From Podarcis vaucheri (Eukaryota): a DNA stretch of 64,000 bases. The DNA lies in assembly GCA_965113315.1 (NCBI GenBank), contig OZ220374.1. One strand, 5' to 3'. This document shows, in pieces, positions 13,522 to 24,645 of this stretch. The notes beneath the pieces were generated by a model. That model saw only the letters and a list, made by a program, of their open reading frames with translations, ran no database searches and was not told the origin of the DNA. Position numbers and translations under genes: made by a program. Positions within the stretch are counted from its first letter, which is position 1; each line of letters opens with the position of its first letter.

Positions 13522-15479
13522 CCAAGAAAACATGACCACACAAATGTGAAAAAGGAAAAGATGATAAACCAGTTGTTGGTTTCTTACAGTGGCACTAACC
13601 ACTATAAATCATCTGTAGTTGGAAATCAAGCAGCTATAATGTATTCACCCCCAATATATCCCCCCGCCACCATGACAACACTTATGAAGTGCCTTAAGCT
13701 TATGTGAGTGTGCACAAACCTATAATATCATGTTTCTGATATGCAATTTCATAGAAGGTATTGTGTTGCTGCTTGTGTCTATTAAAGAATATTTGGTACT
13801 TTGGAAACTGCAGTACAAAATGTGGTTAAGTTGTGTTGGATTTCCCTTCCTCCTTTTAAAATAGAAATATATATTGGTTGTATGAGGGTACAACTCAAGT
13901 CTTTAATCATAGAAGTTACTTTTCTTAAATTATTTGCATTTTAAAACCGAACCATGATGAAGAGAAATCTCCAAAATAGGAACCTCAGAATAGCGAAAGG
14001 TTTAAATATGCACTTGGGAAAATGCTATCTACTTTTAAGTGTAATTGCATGGGGGGAGAGATTTTGTATTAAAAGGAAATGTGAAGGGCAGTATTTGAGG
14101 CAAATGGTTTTGAGCAAATAAGCATAGACTGAAATCCCATGCATGTTTACTAAGTCCCATTGAGCTCAATAGGCCATACTCCTTAGTAAGTGTGCTTAGG
14201 ATAGCAGCTATAGAGTATTGCCTTTAGTTTTTGCATTTTTAAAAGAAAATATCAACTAATGCATATTAGCTTTAATATCAACTAATGCATATTATTTTTA
14301 ACAGGATATGTGCTACTGTGACTAGATTATTACTCTCGCAGTCTTACTTGGGTTGAAGCCTTAGCATAGAAAGTGTGTGGATTCACACCTGCAGTTGTTT
14401 GCTGCATGTACACCTGAAAGTGTGGCAGAAGATGTATGTCTTTAAACATAACATGCAGGGGACATGCATCATGGAGTTGCAACCAATCACACTCTCCCAG
14501 AGCATGTGCATTCACCACATGTCCCTTGAGTGCTGCCAGCTGTGCATCTTTTTCATACTTCTCATGTTTACCACAACAAATATTTGTGTGCATGCAGCAA
14601 ACATGGCTCCTCCATAAAGTTATGTATCAGCCAGTCCTAAGAGAACTGCTAAAACCTGACAAGCTTAAAAACAATCTAACTTTGGTAGGATCCTATCTCT
14701 AATTACCGATCCAAGTTAATTCCTATTCAAATCATTCTTCATCTAAATAAAATTCCTTCCCAAAAAACTCCCGTATCATTGTTAACAGCAAGCTAAAAGT
14801 ATCTTGGTGAAGGAAAAACGTTTAAGGTATTCAACACCTCATTTCTTTGATTATTAACCTACTACTGTGATGCTGCTCTTATTTTCTTACACTTGAGCAC
14901 AACAAAAATTTAAAGAGTTCTTTTAGAGGTTATATGTGGCTAAGAGAGCGATTACAACTCCTGTTGCTTGGTTGCTTTTTGTCTTAGGTTCCTGAGAATG
15001 ATATTGTACACCACACCCCTTAGAGAATTTTAATTCTAATTTACAATCAGTTTATAAATTTTTGAAACAATAAAAAAAAAATTGAATTTCAACTATTATA
15101 GGCATAGACCGATCTTCAGCTCAGTCCTATGAATTCCTGCTGTTGTGCCGGAACTTGTTTTAATGCAAGCTTATTGGGAATATGATTCCAGTCAACATCC
15201 CAGAGTCTTTTTTGAACTGTGAGCTTCACACTGGTGCCACAGTGAATTTGGTCCTGTTATTTTGATATGTAAAGGACAGTGTTGTCACTCCCCTGCCTCT
15301 ACCAAGACTGCAGTTTAGGGGAAAGCTGGCAGGAGCTAGAGAATATCTGGTTCTGGACAACTCATCCCTTAGGGGTGATTATTTAAATGCTTCAGGTTTT
15401 CAAATAGGGTCCAACTTGGTAATGAACAAATAGAAATAAACGAAGCTGTTTAAAGGGATCAAAGACTTGCAGGAAAATT

Positions 15480-16245
15480 GCACATAAAAGAGCATTTGAA
15501 AAGAGATGCAATATATAAACGTTTATATGCTAATGTCAGAAGCCTTGAAGCAGAGATGGGAGGATTTGAGTGCTTGGTACTAAAAAGAGAATATAGATAT
15601 AGTGGATATATCAGAAACCTTGTTGGAGCAGTGGAAATCATTAGGATGTGGATCTCCGAGGATATAGAATCTTTAGAAAGAAATGTGTTGGGGATCATGT
15701 TGCTCTGTATGTCAGAGGGCACAGATTCCCCCCAAATAAACAGAAAATGTAAGATGCACAAACTGCTCCACAGAATCACTGTGGGTGGAAATGCTAGATG
15801 CCAAAGGTAATTTAGTACTGCGGGCATACGACCAAAGCCCCTGATGAAAACTCAGAAATCAGGAAGGCAGCCGAAGGGATAAATGTTGAAAAATGTGTGG
15901 CTAACCCTCACATTCACTGGCTAAATGTACATTTAGGTTTTGCAATTGTGACTTTAAACAATTATAGTGTAATCCTATGCATGTTTACTCAGAAGTCGCT
16001 GTGTTCAATGGGACTTACAACCACAGCAAGTATGGTTAGGATGGCAGCTGTAGTCAAAACAATTACAGGGCAATCCTATGCATATTTACTCAGAAGTCAC
16101 TGTGTTCAGGGGGACTAAAAATGTGGTTGGGATTCCAGCTGTAGTTGCTTAGCAGACTAGAGAGAAGGCTTAGGCTTTATCCTGAATGGTGCTGAGGACC
16201 TGGCACAAGACAGAAGCACTGTCGAGCTGTTCAGCTGAGCTATAT
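15480..16245 (+). mobile_element. Degenerate CR1 LINE, endonuclease region (left part, interrupted by the L2)
   Basis: Broken translation LYANVRSL.AEMG.FECLVLK...I.ET and, at ~16170-16230, FILNGAEDLAQD, resembling CR1 'LDLIL.GA.DLV'. Interrupted by short repeats at ~15960-16145. Confidence 0.75.
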
Positions 16246-16252
16246 GCACACT

Positions 16253-16732
16253 CTGCCGCTCTGCCGGTGAGTCTTGGGGAGGACCGCTCCCCCTGCAAGC
16301 CCATTCTCCACCTTGGGCCTGGGGGCGGGCCCCAGACTCCACCTCAGCATATAAGGCCCCAAGGAGGCCTCGGGACATCGCTGCTGCCGCTCTGCCGGTG
16401 AGTCTTGGGGAGGACCGCTCCCCCTGCAAGCCCATTCTCCACCTTGGGCCTGGGAGTGGGCCCCAGACTCCACCTCAGCATATAAGGCCCCAAGGAGGCC
16501 TCGGGACATCGCTGCTGCCGCTCTGCCGGTGAGTCTTGGGGAGGACCGCTCCCCCTGCAAGCCCATTCTCCACCTTGGGCCTGGGAGTGGGCCCCAGACT
16601 CCACCTCAGCATATAAGGCCCCAAGGAGGCCTCGGGACATCGCTGCTGCCGCTCTGCCGGTGAGTCTTGGGGAGGACCGCTCCCCCTGCAAGCCCATTCT
16701 CCACCTTGGGCCTGGGGGCGGGCCCCAGACTC
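16253..16732 (+). repeat. 131-bp tandem monomer array (~3.7 copies) at the LINE 5' end
   Basis: Units start at 16253, 16384, 16515 and 16646 and are near-identical; the ORF track repeats the same peptides with a 131-nt period. Confidence 0.97.
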
Positions 16733-17013
16733 ACCACCATCACAACTCGAAGGACACTGCTGCTGTGGCAGCAAATGTTTAACCGTGTTATATATTTTAA
16801 AGTGTTTTAAAAGTGTTTTTATTTTTTACTTTGTTGTACCACCAGAAACGGTGGTTTTTTATCCATGTATTCTTATTTGTTTTGTTTTATTTTGGGTTGG
16901 GGTGGGACGGTTTGTTGAGTGGGGTGGGGATTGGTTTTGCTTTGGTGTAATTGTTTTTTTCTTTTTTTTCTTTTTTTCCTGTTTGTTTGTTTGTTTGCTT
17001 TTATACTTTGTAA

Positions 17014-19986
17014 ATGGAGGCGAGTATGAGGCCTGGGATTCCTACTGTGGAGGGGCGAGGGAGGTATGGCGGTGGGGGCAGATGGCATAGGCGAAGGGGA
17101 TCGAGATATGGATATGCTCGTACCCCTTCCAATCTGCGCCCCATCCCGAGAGACGAGGGTAGGGTGAGAAAGGATTACTCACCTCCGTCACTGGTGTTGT
17201 GCAATGCCAGGTCTATAGGCAACAAAACCGCCACCCTGCGAGACTTCATCATCTCGCAGGGGGTCGACCTGGCTTGTGTGACGGAGACCTGGGTGCGCGA
17301 AGGGGTAACTGTTACCTTACGAGAGATGGCGCCCCCGGGTTTCTCCGTCCTCCACCAGTCACGGACTGTGGGCCGGGGGGGAGGGGTGGCATTATTAATC
17401 CGGGAAGACTGTTCTTTCAGGGCTCTACCACCGCCATCGATCCCCGGCATTGAATGTGTTGGCCTAGTGTGGGGCTCCGAGGTGAGCTTGGCTGTCTGGC
17501 TGGTGTACCGGCCACCTAGCGCACCAGCAGCCACCCTGTCAGGCCTGCTGGAGGCGGTGGCCGGCTGGGCCTTGGAGTTCCCTAACCTATTGGTATTGGG
17601 GGACTTCAACATCCATGCCGATGCCACTCCCTCCTCACAGGCTCTGGACCTGGTGTCTTCCATGGCGACACTAGGGCTCTCCCAGTTTGTTTCGGGCCCC
17701 ACACATCAAGCAGGCCACACGCTGGATCTGATCTTTGGCGTCGGTATAGATGTGATCCTGTCTCCTTCGATGAAGGTGCCATGGTCGGATCACTATGCTC
17801 TGAAAGCCAGGATTGATGTTCCACCCCCACCCTGCTTAGGTGGTGAGCCGATTTGGGCTCGCCCGCGGAGGCTGATGGACCCTGATAGATTCCGTCAAGC
17901 CTTGCGGGACCTTTCTCCCCCTGGCGACTCATTGACTGAGCTTGTTGAGGGCTGGAATACCCAGCTCCTGGCAGCCATCAATGAGATCGCACCTAAGCGC
18001 CCTCTGCGACCCCGCAGAAACCGGGCTCCCTGGTTTACTGAGGAGCTCCGGAAAATGAAGCGGGACCTCAGACGGCTAGAGCGAGTATGGCGGGGTGCCC
18101 GTGACGGAGCCTCAAGAACATCTTATAGGGTTTTTATGAAAACCTACGAGATGGCAGTGAAGGCCGCCAAGAAGTCCTACTTCTCGGCCTCCATTGCATC
18201 CGCTAGCTCTCGCCCGGCACAATTATTTAGTATAATTCGGTCTTTAACGTCCCTCGAAGGACAGCCAAATTTAAATAACAATTCGACACATAGCTGTGAG
18301 GCATTTGCGAGCTTTTTTGCGGAGAAGGTCCTGTCGCTCCGCCATGACCTCCCTGCCAATTTGGATACAATAAAAGAACTGGAGGCCCCTCGACTGTCCT
18401 CGGGTCCAGTATTGGACCACTTTGACCGGATATCCCCAGCCGATGTGGACAGACTCCTCCGAGCTGGAAAGCCCACCACTTGTCCTCTCGACCCGTGCCC
18501 GTCTTGGCTGATTAGAGCATGTCCAGACGAGGTGCGGGCCCCCCTGGGGGATATCATCAATTTGTCCCTTGGCATCGGGACATTCCCAGGGGAACTGAAG
18601 GAGGCAGTGGTGCGTCCGCTCTTAAAGAAAACATCATTAGATCCCTCAGATCTATCCAATTACCGCCCAGTTTCGAATCTTCCATTCCTGGGCAAGGTGA
18701 TTGAGAGAGCGGTTGCTGAACAGCTTGGTAGGTTTCTGGATGAAACATCGGCTCTGGATCCATTCCAGTCCGGCTTCCGCGCTGGTCATGGGACCGAGAC
18801 GGCTCTGGTCGCCCTAACAGATGATCTCCGTAGACAGCTGGATCGAGGCGGGTCGGGGCTGCTGATTCTTCTAGATCTGTCAGCAGCTTTCGACATGGTC
18901 GATCACGAACTTTTGGACCACCGCCTCGCCGACGTGGGGATCCAGGGCGCAGTCCTTCAATGGCTGCGCTCGTTTCTCTCTGGTCGGGGACAGAGGGTGG
19001 CGCTTGGGGGGGAACTGTCATCCCGCCACTCCTTGGTGTGTGGAGTGCCTCAGGGTGCGATTCTCTCCCCGATGCTTTTTAACATCTTTATGCGCCCCCT
19101 CGCCCAGCTTGTCCGGAGTTTTGGGCTGGGCTGCCATCAGTATGCCGATGACACCCAACTCTATCTGTTGATGGATGGCCATCCTGACTCGGCCCCAGAC
19201 ACACTGATCAGATGCTTGGAAGCTGTGGCTGGATGGTTACGTGGGAGCCGGTTGAAGTTAAATCCTTCGAAGACAGAGGTCCTCTGGCTGGGACGGGACG
19301 ATATGGGATTGAGGGGGCAACTCCCATCTCTTGCGGGGGTGCAATTAGTGCCAGCACCGTCCGTTAAGAGTTTGGGTGTAATCTTCGATACCTCCCTCTC
19401 TATGGAGGCGCAGATTGCAGCTATAACAAAGGCGGCATTTTTTCATCTCCGCCAAGCTAAGCAGTTGGCCCCTTACCTCTCTCGCCCTGACCTAGCCACT
19501 GTGATCCACGCGACGGTCACCTCCAGACTGGATTATTGTAACTCGCTCTACGTGGGGCTGCCCTTGAGACTGACCCAGAAACTCCAGCGGGTGCAGAATG
19601 CCGCAGCGAGACTCCTTACGGGGTCTTCGCTGCGGGATCACATTCATCCGGTGCTATACCAGCTGCACTGGCTCCCAGTGGAGTACAGGATCAGGTTTAA
19701 GGTGCTGGTTTTAACCTTTAAAGCCCTATACGGCCTAGGACCCTCGTATCTACGGGACCGCCTCTCCTGGTATGCCCCACAGAGGAACTTACGGTCCTCT
19801 AATAAAAACATCTTGAAGGTCCCAGGCCACAGAGAGGTTAGGCTGGCCTCAACTAGAGCCAGGGCTTTTTCGGCTGCGGCTCCAACCTGGTGGAACGCTC
19901 TGTCACAAGAGACAAGGGCCCTGCAGGACTTGACATCTTTCCGCAGGGCCTGCAAGACAGAGCTGTTCCACCAGGCCTTTGGTTAG
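17014..19986 (+). CDS. L2 LINE APE endonuclease / reverse transcriptase (990 aa)
   Basis: APE motifs CNARS, VTETW, VYRPP, GDFNIH, TLDLIF, SDH. RT motifs NYRPVSNLPFLGK, QSGFR, LDLSAAFD, GVPQG, YADD, KSLGV. L2-type C-terminus RLDYCNSL, HIHPVLYQLHWLP, RAFS..AP..WNAL. Confidence 0.96.
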   Translation: MEASMRPGIPTVEGRGRYGGGGRWHRRRGSRYGYARTPSNLRPIPRDEGRVRKDYSPPSLVLCNARSIGNKTATLRDFIISQGVDLACVTETWVREGVTVTLREMAPPGFSVLHQSRTVGRGGGVALLIREDCSFRALPPPSIPGIECVGLVWGSEVSLAVWLVYRPPSAPAATLSGLLEAVAGWALEFPNLLVLGDFNIHADATPSSQALDLVSSMATLGLSQFVSGPTHQAGHTLDLIFGVGIDVILSPSMKVPWSDHYALKARIDVPPPPCLGGEPIWARPRRLMDPDRFRQALRDLSPPGDSLTELVEGWNTQLLAAINEIAPKRPLRPRRNRAPWFTEELRKMKRDLRRLERVWRGARDGASRTSYRVFMKTYEMAVKAAKKSYFSASIASASSRPAQLFSIIRSLTSLEGQPNLNNNSTHSCEAFASFFAEKVLSLRHDLPANLDTIKELEAPRLSSGPVLDHFDRISPADVDRLLRAGKPTTCPLDPCPSWLIRACPDEVRAPLGDIINLSLGIGTFPGELKEAVVRPLLKKTSLDPSDLSNYRPVSNLPFLGKVIERAVAEQLGRFLDETSALDPFQSGFRAGHGTETALVALTDDLRRQLDRGGSGLLILLDLSAAFDMVDHELLDHRLADVGIQGAVLQWLRSFLSGRGQRVALGGELSSRHSLVCGVPQGAILSPMLFNIFMRPLAQLVRSFGLGCHQYADDTQLYLLMDGHPDSAPDTLIRCLEAVAGWLRGSRLKLNPSKTEVLWLGRDDMGLRGQLPSLAGVQLVPAPSVKSLGVIFDTSLSMEAQIAAITKAAFFHLRQAKQLAPYLSRPDLATVIHATVTSRLDYCNSLYVGLPLRLTQKLQRVQNAAARLLTGSSLRDHIHPVLYQLHWLPVEYRIRFKVLVLTFKALYGLGPSYLRDRLSWYAPQRNLRSSNKNILKVPGHREVRLASTRARAFSAAAPTWWNALSQETRALQDLTSFRRACKTELFHQAFG

Positions 19987-20181
19987 GGCACAGCCTGACT
20001 CCCTCCTTCAGCAATCTTTACAATACTTTAGTTTATGGTTGCCATTAATTTTGATTTTAATTAATTCTTATGATGTTTTTATATTGTTGCACTTTTTTAG
20101 TGTTGTTAGCCGCCCTGAGCCCGGCTTCGGCTGGGGAGGGCGGGATATAAATAAAAATTTATTATTATTATTATTATATAT

Positions 20182-20430
20182 TTTGAGACAAAAGTTCAAT
20201 TTGGCCAGGATTAATTTCAAAATTGTAAACTTTAATAAAAGGGGAGGGGGAGTTGAAATGAATCATCATGGTGGAAAATCTTATTTACTGGCAATTGTTT
20301 AAAACCACTATAATCAAAGCTGACCTAGAATGCATGCCACAGAATAAGAGAGGTGCAAACATTTCTGGATTACCCAATAGGCAAACTGTGTACAAACTGT
20401 TCAGGGCACCAGCAAAGCACGGCACCAAAA

Positions 20431-20495
<65 letters not shown>

Positions 20496-21988
20496 ACACT
20501 TGATTAAAATAAAAAGGCTCATCAGATTAGTCATAGTGAGAAAAATCAGATCCTTACACTCCTACGGCACACTTCTCCGACATTTTTCTGTTCTCTTTTT
20601 ATTACTGTACTTATCTCCACCCAAACCAGGAAGCGTCCTACTAATGTAGATTGAAATAATACGAGGAAATCGGACCCTGTCATGCGTTTCAATGAACCAC
20701 CTTTTATTTTATTTTTAATTGTCCAGTTTTACATTATAATTTAATATAGTTTTTATTTTTGAATTATAAATGGGGGGAGCACAATAATCTTCTCTAAAGG
20801 GCCTCTAAAGGTCTAAATCCAGCCCTTTTGGACAAGGAAGTTCAAAAGGATGACAGTGTTGTTAACAGAGTTTAAGGAAGCTATAAACACAAGCATGTTT
20901 CTTTTAAAAGGTATAGCCCAATAAGGACAATAAAAAGGAGTAGTCACTCTGGTAAAATAAAAACAAATGGACAATAAGGCAAGGAAAAAGCAAAAGCACT
21001 GGAAGAGCACATTTTTAAAAACATGACAATAAATAAATAAACATATATATAAATCAGAATCAGAAAGCCAGTTCTGGACCACCAGATGACAAACTGCGAA
21101 AGGTTTACTAAAGTTATCAAAGACTGCAGAGAAGCTAAATTATTTGCATCAGTTTTCATGTGACATTATTAGATAAATACCCGTTGAGGAGAGGTATCTG
21201 AAGAATTAAGACAAGAGAAAAGAGATGAAGTTCTGATGCTAAGAAATTACAAGATAAAGTCACCATGTCCAGAAGATACCCAAAAATTCCTAAAAAGCTC
21301 AAAACTGATATTGTTGCTTTTTGAACAAAAATATGCAAATTATCACTAAAAGCATATATCCTGGAGAATTAAAAAGTAGCCGATGCATCATTGCTTTGAA
21401 AAAAAGAAATATATAGGGGAGATAGGAAATTACAGACGCATCAGCCTAATTTCTCTACTAGGTAAATTGGTAGAAAGCATTATAAAAACCCAAATTATAA
21501 AACATATGTATAAAACTACCCTTGATTAAAAAGAATGCAAGGAAAGTCCTGTCACACCAGACTTCTGAAATTCTTTGAGAGTATTGTCATATTGGAGTAA
21601 CCCAGCTGACATTGTTTTTGAGGATTCCAAAATGTTTTTGACAAAGTCCCTCCTGAAAGCTTCCTGAATAAAGTTATTCCAGATAGGGATAAGATGATGG
21701 GTCCTCTTTTGTGCCAGAACTGGTTAAAGAACAGGAACCAGAGAGTAAGAACAAATGGACAAGGTTTTTATGACGGAGGAAGAAAGCAAGCCCTCCCACT
21801 CAAAGACCTGAATCATCAGATAAGCAGTAAGGTAGCCATAGTTTAGTTGTGGGTGAGACCATTAATTCAGGATGGAGAAAATTCATACAAACTTTCAAGG
21901 GCTTCAAAAGTCCTATCCCAAGTGGCTGACTGGGCAAAAATATGGCAAACGAAATTCAGTATAACAGAGTGGTGCACACTGTGGCCAT

Positions 21989-22031
<43 letters not shown>

Positions 22032-22130
22032 TATCCGCAAAACAGATAGCTCAGTGCAAAGCCTAACTGGAAAAGAATATTAGACTAGATGGACTCTGGA
22101 CCTGGCCTACCAGACTCTTAAGTTTATTGA
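20182..22130 (+). mobile_element. Degenerate CR1 LINE, RT region and 3' UTR remnant (right part)
   Basis: WQLFKTTIIKA.LEC.P, AEKLN.FASVF, GNYR.ISL.SL.GKLVESIIK, DWAK.WQ.KF, and a CR1-like tail GACTAGATGGAC near 22085; many stops and frameshifts. Confidence 0.78.
20433..20492. repeat. Compound (TG)n(AG)n microsatellite
   Basis: Directly visible. Confidence 0.95.
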
Positions 22131-22638
22131 CACATTCTTGCTATTTCTTTATTTCTGGCCCAAAACATCAGCTGGAACAAAGTATTGTCCCTTTCTACAG
22201 TTCCAGTTTCTGGGTTGGCTACTCTAGTGGGTAGATGTTGAGTATGCATTTCTGTGTACCCACACATTCAGGAAAATGTGTGGAAGGAATACAGGGCTGT
22301 CTAGAAGTTAACTTGTAAAGGATGGTTAGCTGAAGAAGGTGAACACCTGCAGTAGCAGTCGTTGGATGGGAACTGATGTGGCTCTTTCAGAACCATCATT
22401 CTGGTTTACGTTCCTACCGGTTGTTATAGCAAAGAGCAATTGTGATCATTTGTTGCCTTGCATAACTTTCAGGGGAGTGATTGTATATAGAGGCTGTTCA
22501 TTTCTGTTCTCCTGGTGAGAGCTGGAGAGGTTAGGTGATCTCTGGGTAAGAGATGTAGAAAAAAGGGTAAAGGAAAATGCTGTATTGCTCTATGCACTTT
22601 TAGATAATTTTTTGTTTCAGTTCAGAGGAAGAAAGTAG

Positions 22639-22671
<33 letters not shown>

Positions 22672-23179
22672 GGCAAGAAAGCCGCCCCCCAGTTCTATGA
22701 TTGGAAGAAATTTCATGGAGGGGGAGATGAAGGTGCACCTTTTCCAAATTCATTCTGTAAGGAAGATACAGCCTTGAAAACTCGAGCCAGGAAAATAAAT
22801 GGAGGTTGTATTTTATTGGCAGGTAAACCTGTGTCTTCTGCTTTACAATTCCAAATCTTTTTGGGGGTGGAGGAGATTCAACAATAACTGAGGACTTGAT
22901 TCTGAATGAAAATGAACTGTCTGTGGTCTACTGTGACCTGCTTGCAGATAAAGCATCTTGCATATGTTACTACATGAACCAAGGAGGAGTCTTGGAATTC
23001 TTGGAATAGTCTTAGGTGATTTCACTTGAGGATGCCAACAGGAGCCTTGCAGATGTGCTCTTTTAGTTCTTTTAACCAGTCGAAGAGAGCTGTCTCTGCA
23101 AAAGAGATGTTCCTGTCCTCTTGAACAAGGCAATTGTGATAACTGTTACAGTATCTACTTTTGGATCACCTGCATTTAC

Positions 23180-23570
23180 ATTCAGTTTCCTGTCTGCCTT
23201 TTGGGGGCACCACTGAATAGGTGGTGGCTTGGAAGTTCCAGGGACTTTTAGATTAAAAATGGTTATATCTTTATCAGTCTGAATTGCTTCTCAATTTGAT
23301 TTTGAATCCAATTTAAAGTGCTGGCATAGCCCTAAATAGCTTAGTTCCAAGTTACCCAAAGAAAAAACTTCTCCACTGAGTTCTTCAGGACATGTCCTTT
23401 TTCTGAGCCCCTTCTCTGAAGCCAGGTTGGTAAGGACAAAGAGCAAGATATTCTCAGTAGTAACTCCAGCTTTTGGAATTCCATCTCCAATCAAGACCAC
23501 CCAGTGGACTTTATCTTTGACTTCTGGAAGATAGTTCAAACTTCTATTTCAGAACAAATAGTGGATGTCC
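23180..23570 (+). mobile_element. Old L2 3' fragment
   Basis: QFKVL..ALNSL.PSY and EARLVRT...FSVVTPA.WNS remnants. Confidence 0.65.
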
Positions 23571-24494
23571 TTTTAATGGACTGTTCCCTGCCCCCTTACA
23601 TTATATTTTCTTGTTTCTTATCACTTTAACTGATATTGTTTTAGATATGTGCAGTGTACATTCTTCCCAGCAGTAAGCCCGACTGGGTTCATTGGGACTT
23701 ATGCCCAAGTAAGTGTGTGTAGCATTGTACTTTTAATGCTGTAATCCTCCCTGAGGGTCTTTTTGGATCACAGTGCAGGACATAAATGTTAAAAGTACAT
23801 AAAATAATATTTCCAACATACATTTTATATGTACGCATCAAACAGACTACCCTATCCACTCTCAAATACCATGTTCCAAAAAGCAGATTTTTTAAAAGAT
23901 CCACTCCTCTTCCAGCTATTAACTCAAATCCTTAGCCTACTGATTATTTAGTGCCTGGAATAGACAACATTTAAACGTGTTATTACCCTTCATTATGAAA
24001 TACTGAATTCTCTAAGATACATGGTACTTAAAAACAATACCTTTAAATCACAGGTATCTAAGGGATTAAGTTGCTCTATGGGCCAGTTGTTTTTCATCTA
24101 GCAGACCTACTTATTATACAATGCTAACTTTCACCCTTGCCCATTAATTTTCATCCGAACTATATTTAGTAATTCCCAGTGTAGCACTTAAATGCAGGAT
24201 GTGGGGTGGGGAGCCATTTGAAAAAGAGCTATGTTATCTGGAGATGTAGCGAATATCAGTCTGATTGGGTGACGATCTGGTTTCTGGTCAACCCAATGAA
24301 AATGTTTGAGAACTTCACTTTGTCAACAGTTGGTTAGATTGGGGAAACTTGCATGTTTTTAGCAATTGCTAAATATTTGTTTATCTTAATTTGTGTTGCT
24401 TTGTTATGCTTTGCAAAAATCCTTTCCAGTAGGAAAGTCATCATGGGGCAAAAGGTGGCAGGTTGGTCGTGGTTTAAAAGCTCTATACCTCTTA

Positions 24495-24645
24495 ATACAA
24501 TTGTGTGGGTATACAAGCAAGAGAGAGATATTCTGCTCATGTCTTGTTTGTAGGCTTCCCATGGGCATCTTGTTGGCTTGTGTGAGAAAAGAATGCTGGA
24601 CTAGATAGGTATCTGATTCAGCAGATACCTTCTTAATATTTTCCG
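24495..24645 (+). mobile_element. CR1 3' UTR fragment
   Basis: GGCTTCCCATGGGCATCTTGTTGGC...GAATGCTGGACTAGAT resembles the squamate CR1 tail. Confidence 0.6.

Larger units (their letters stand above)
16246..20176 (+). mobile_element. Apparently full-length, intact L2-clade LINE
   Basis: 5' tandem monomers, T-rich leader, uninterrupted 990-aa APE-RT ORF, short 3' UTR with stem-loop, (TTA)n tail. Possible TATAT target-site duplication (16241-16245 and 20177-20181). CpGs retained. Confidence 0.93.

Noticed and set aside
16157-16774. Repeating minus-strand ORFs (MGLQGERSSP...) and a possible CRISPR-like array
   Set aside because: They come from the 131-bp tandem array; the units have no unique spacers, and this is vertebrate DNA without cas genes.
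16785-17090. 101-aa ORF upstream of the RT ORF as a possible ORF1
   Set aside because: Non-ATG start and Phe/Val-rich translation of a T-rich leader; no RRM, zinc knuckle or esterase features.
17175-19955. Antisense ORFs of 100-175 aa inside the LINE
   Set aside because: Shadow ORFs opposite a GC-rich coding sequence, with no recognisable motifs.
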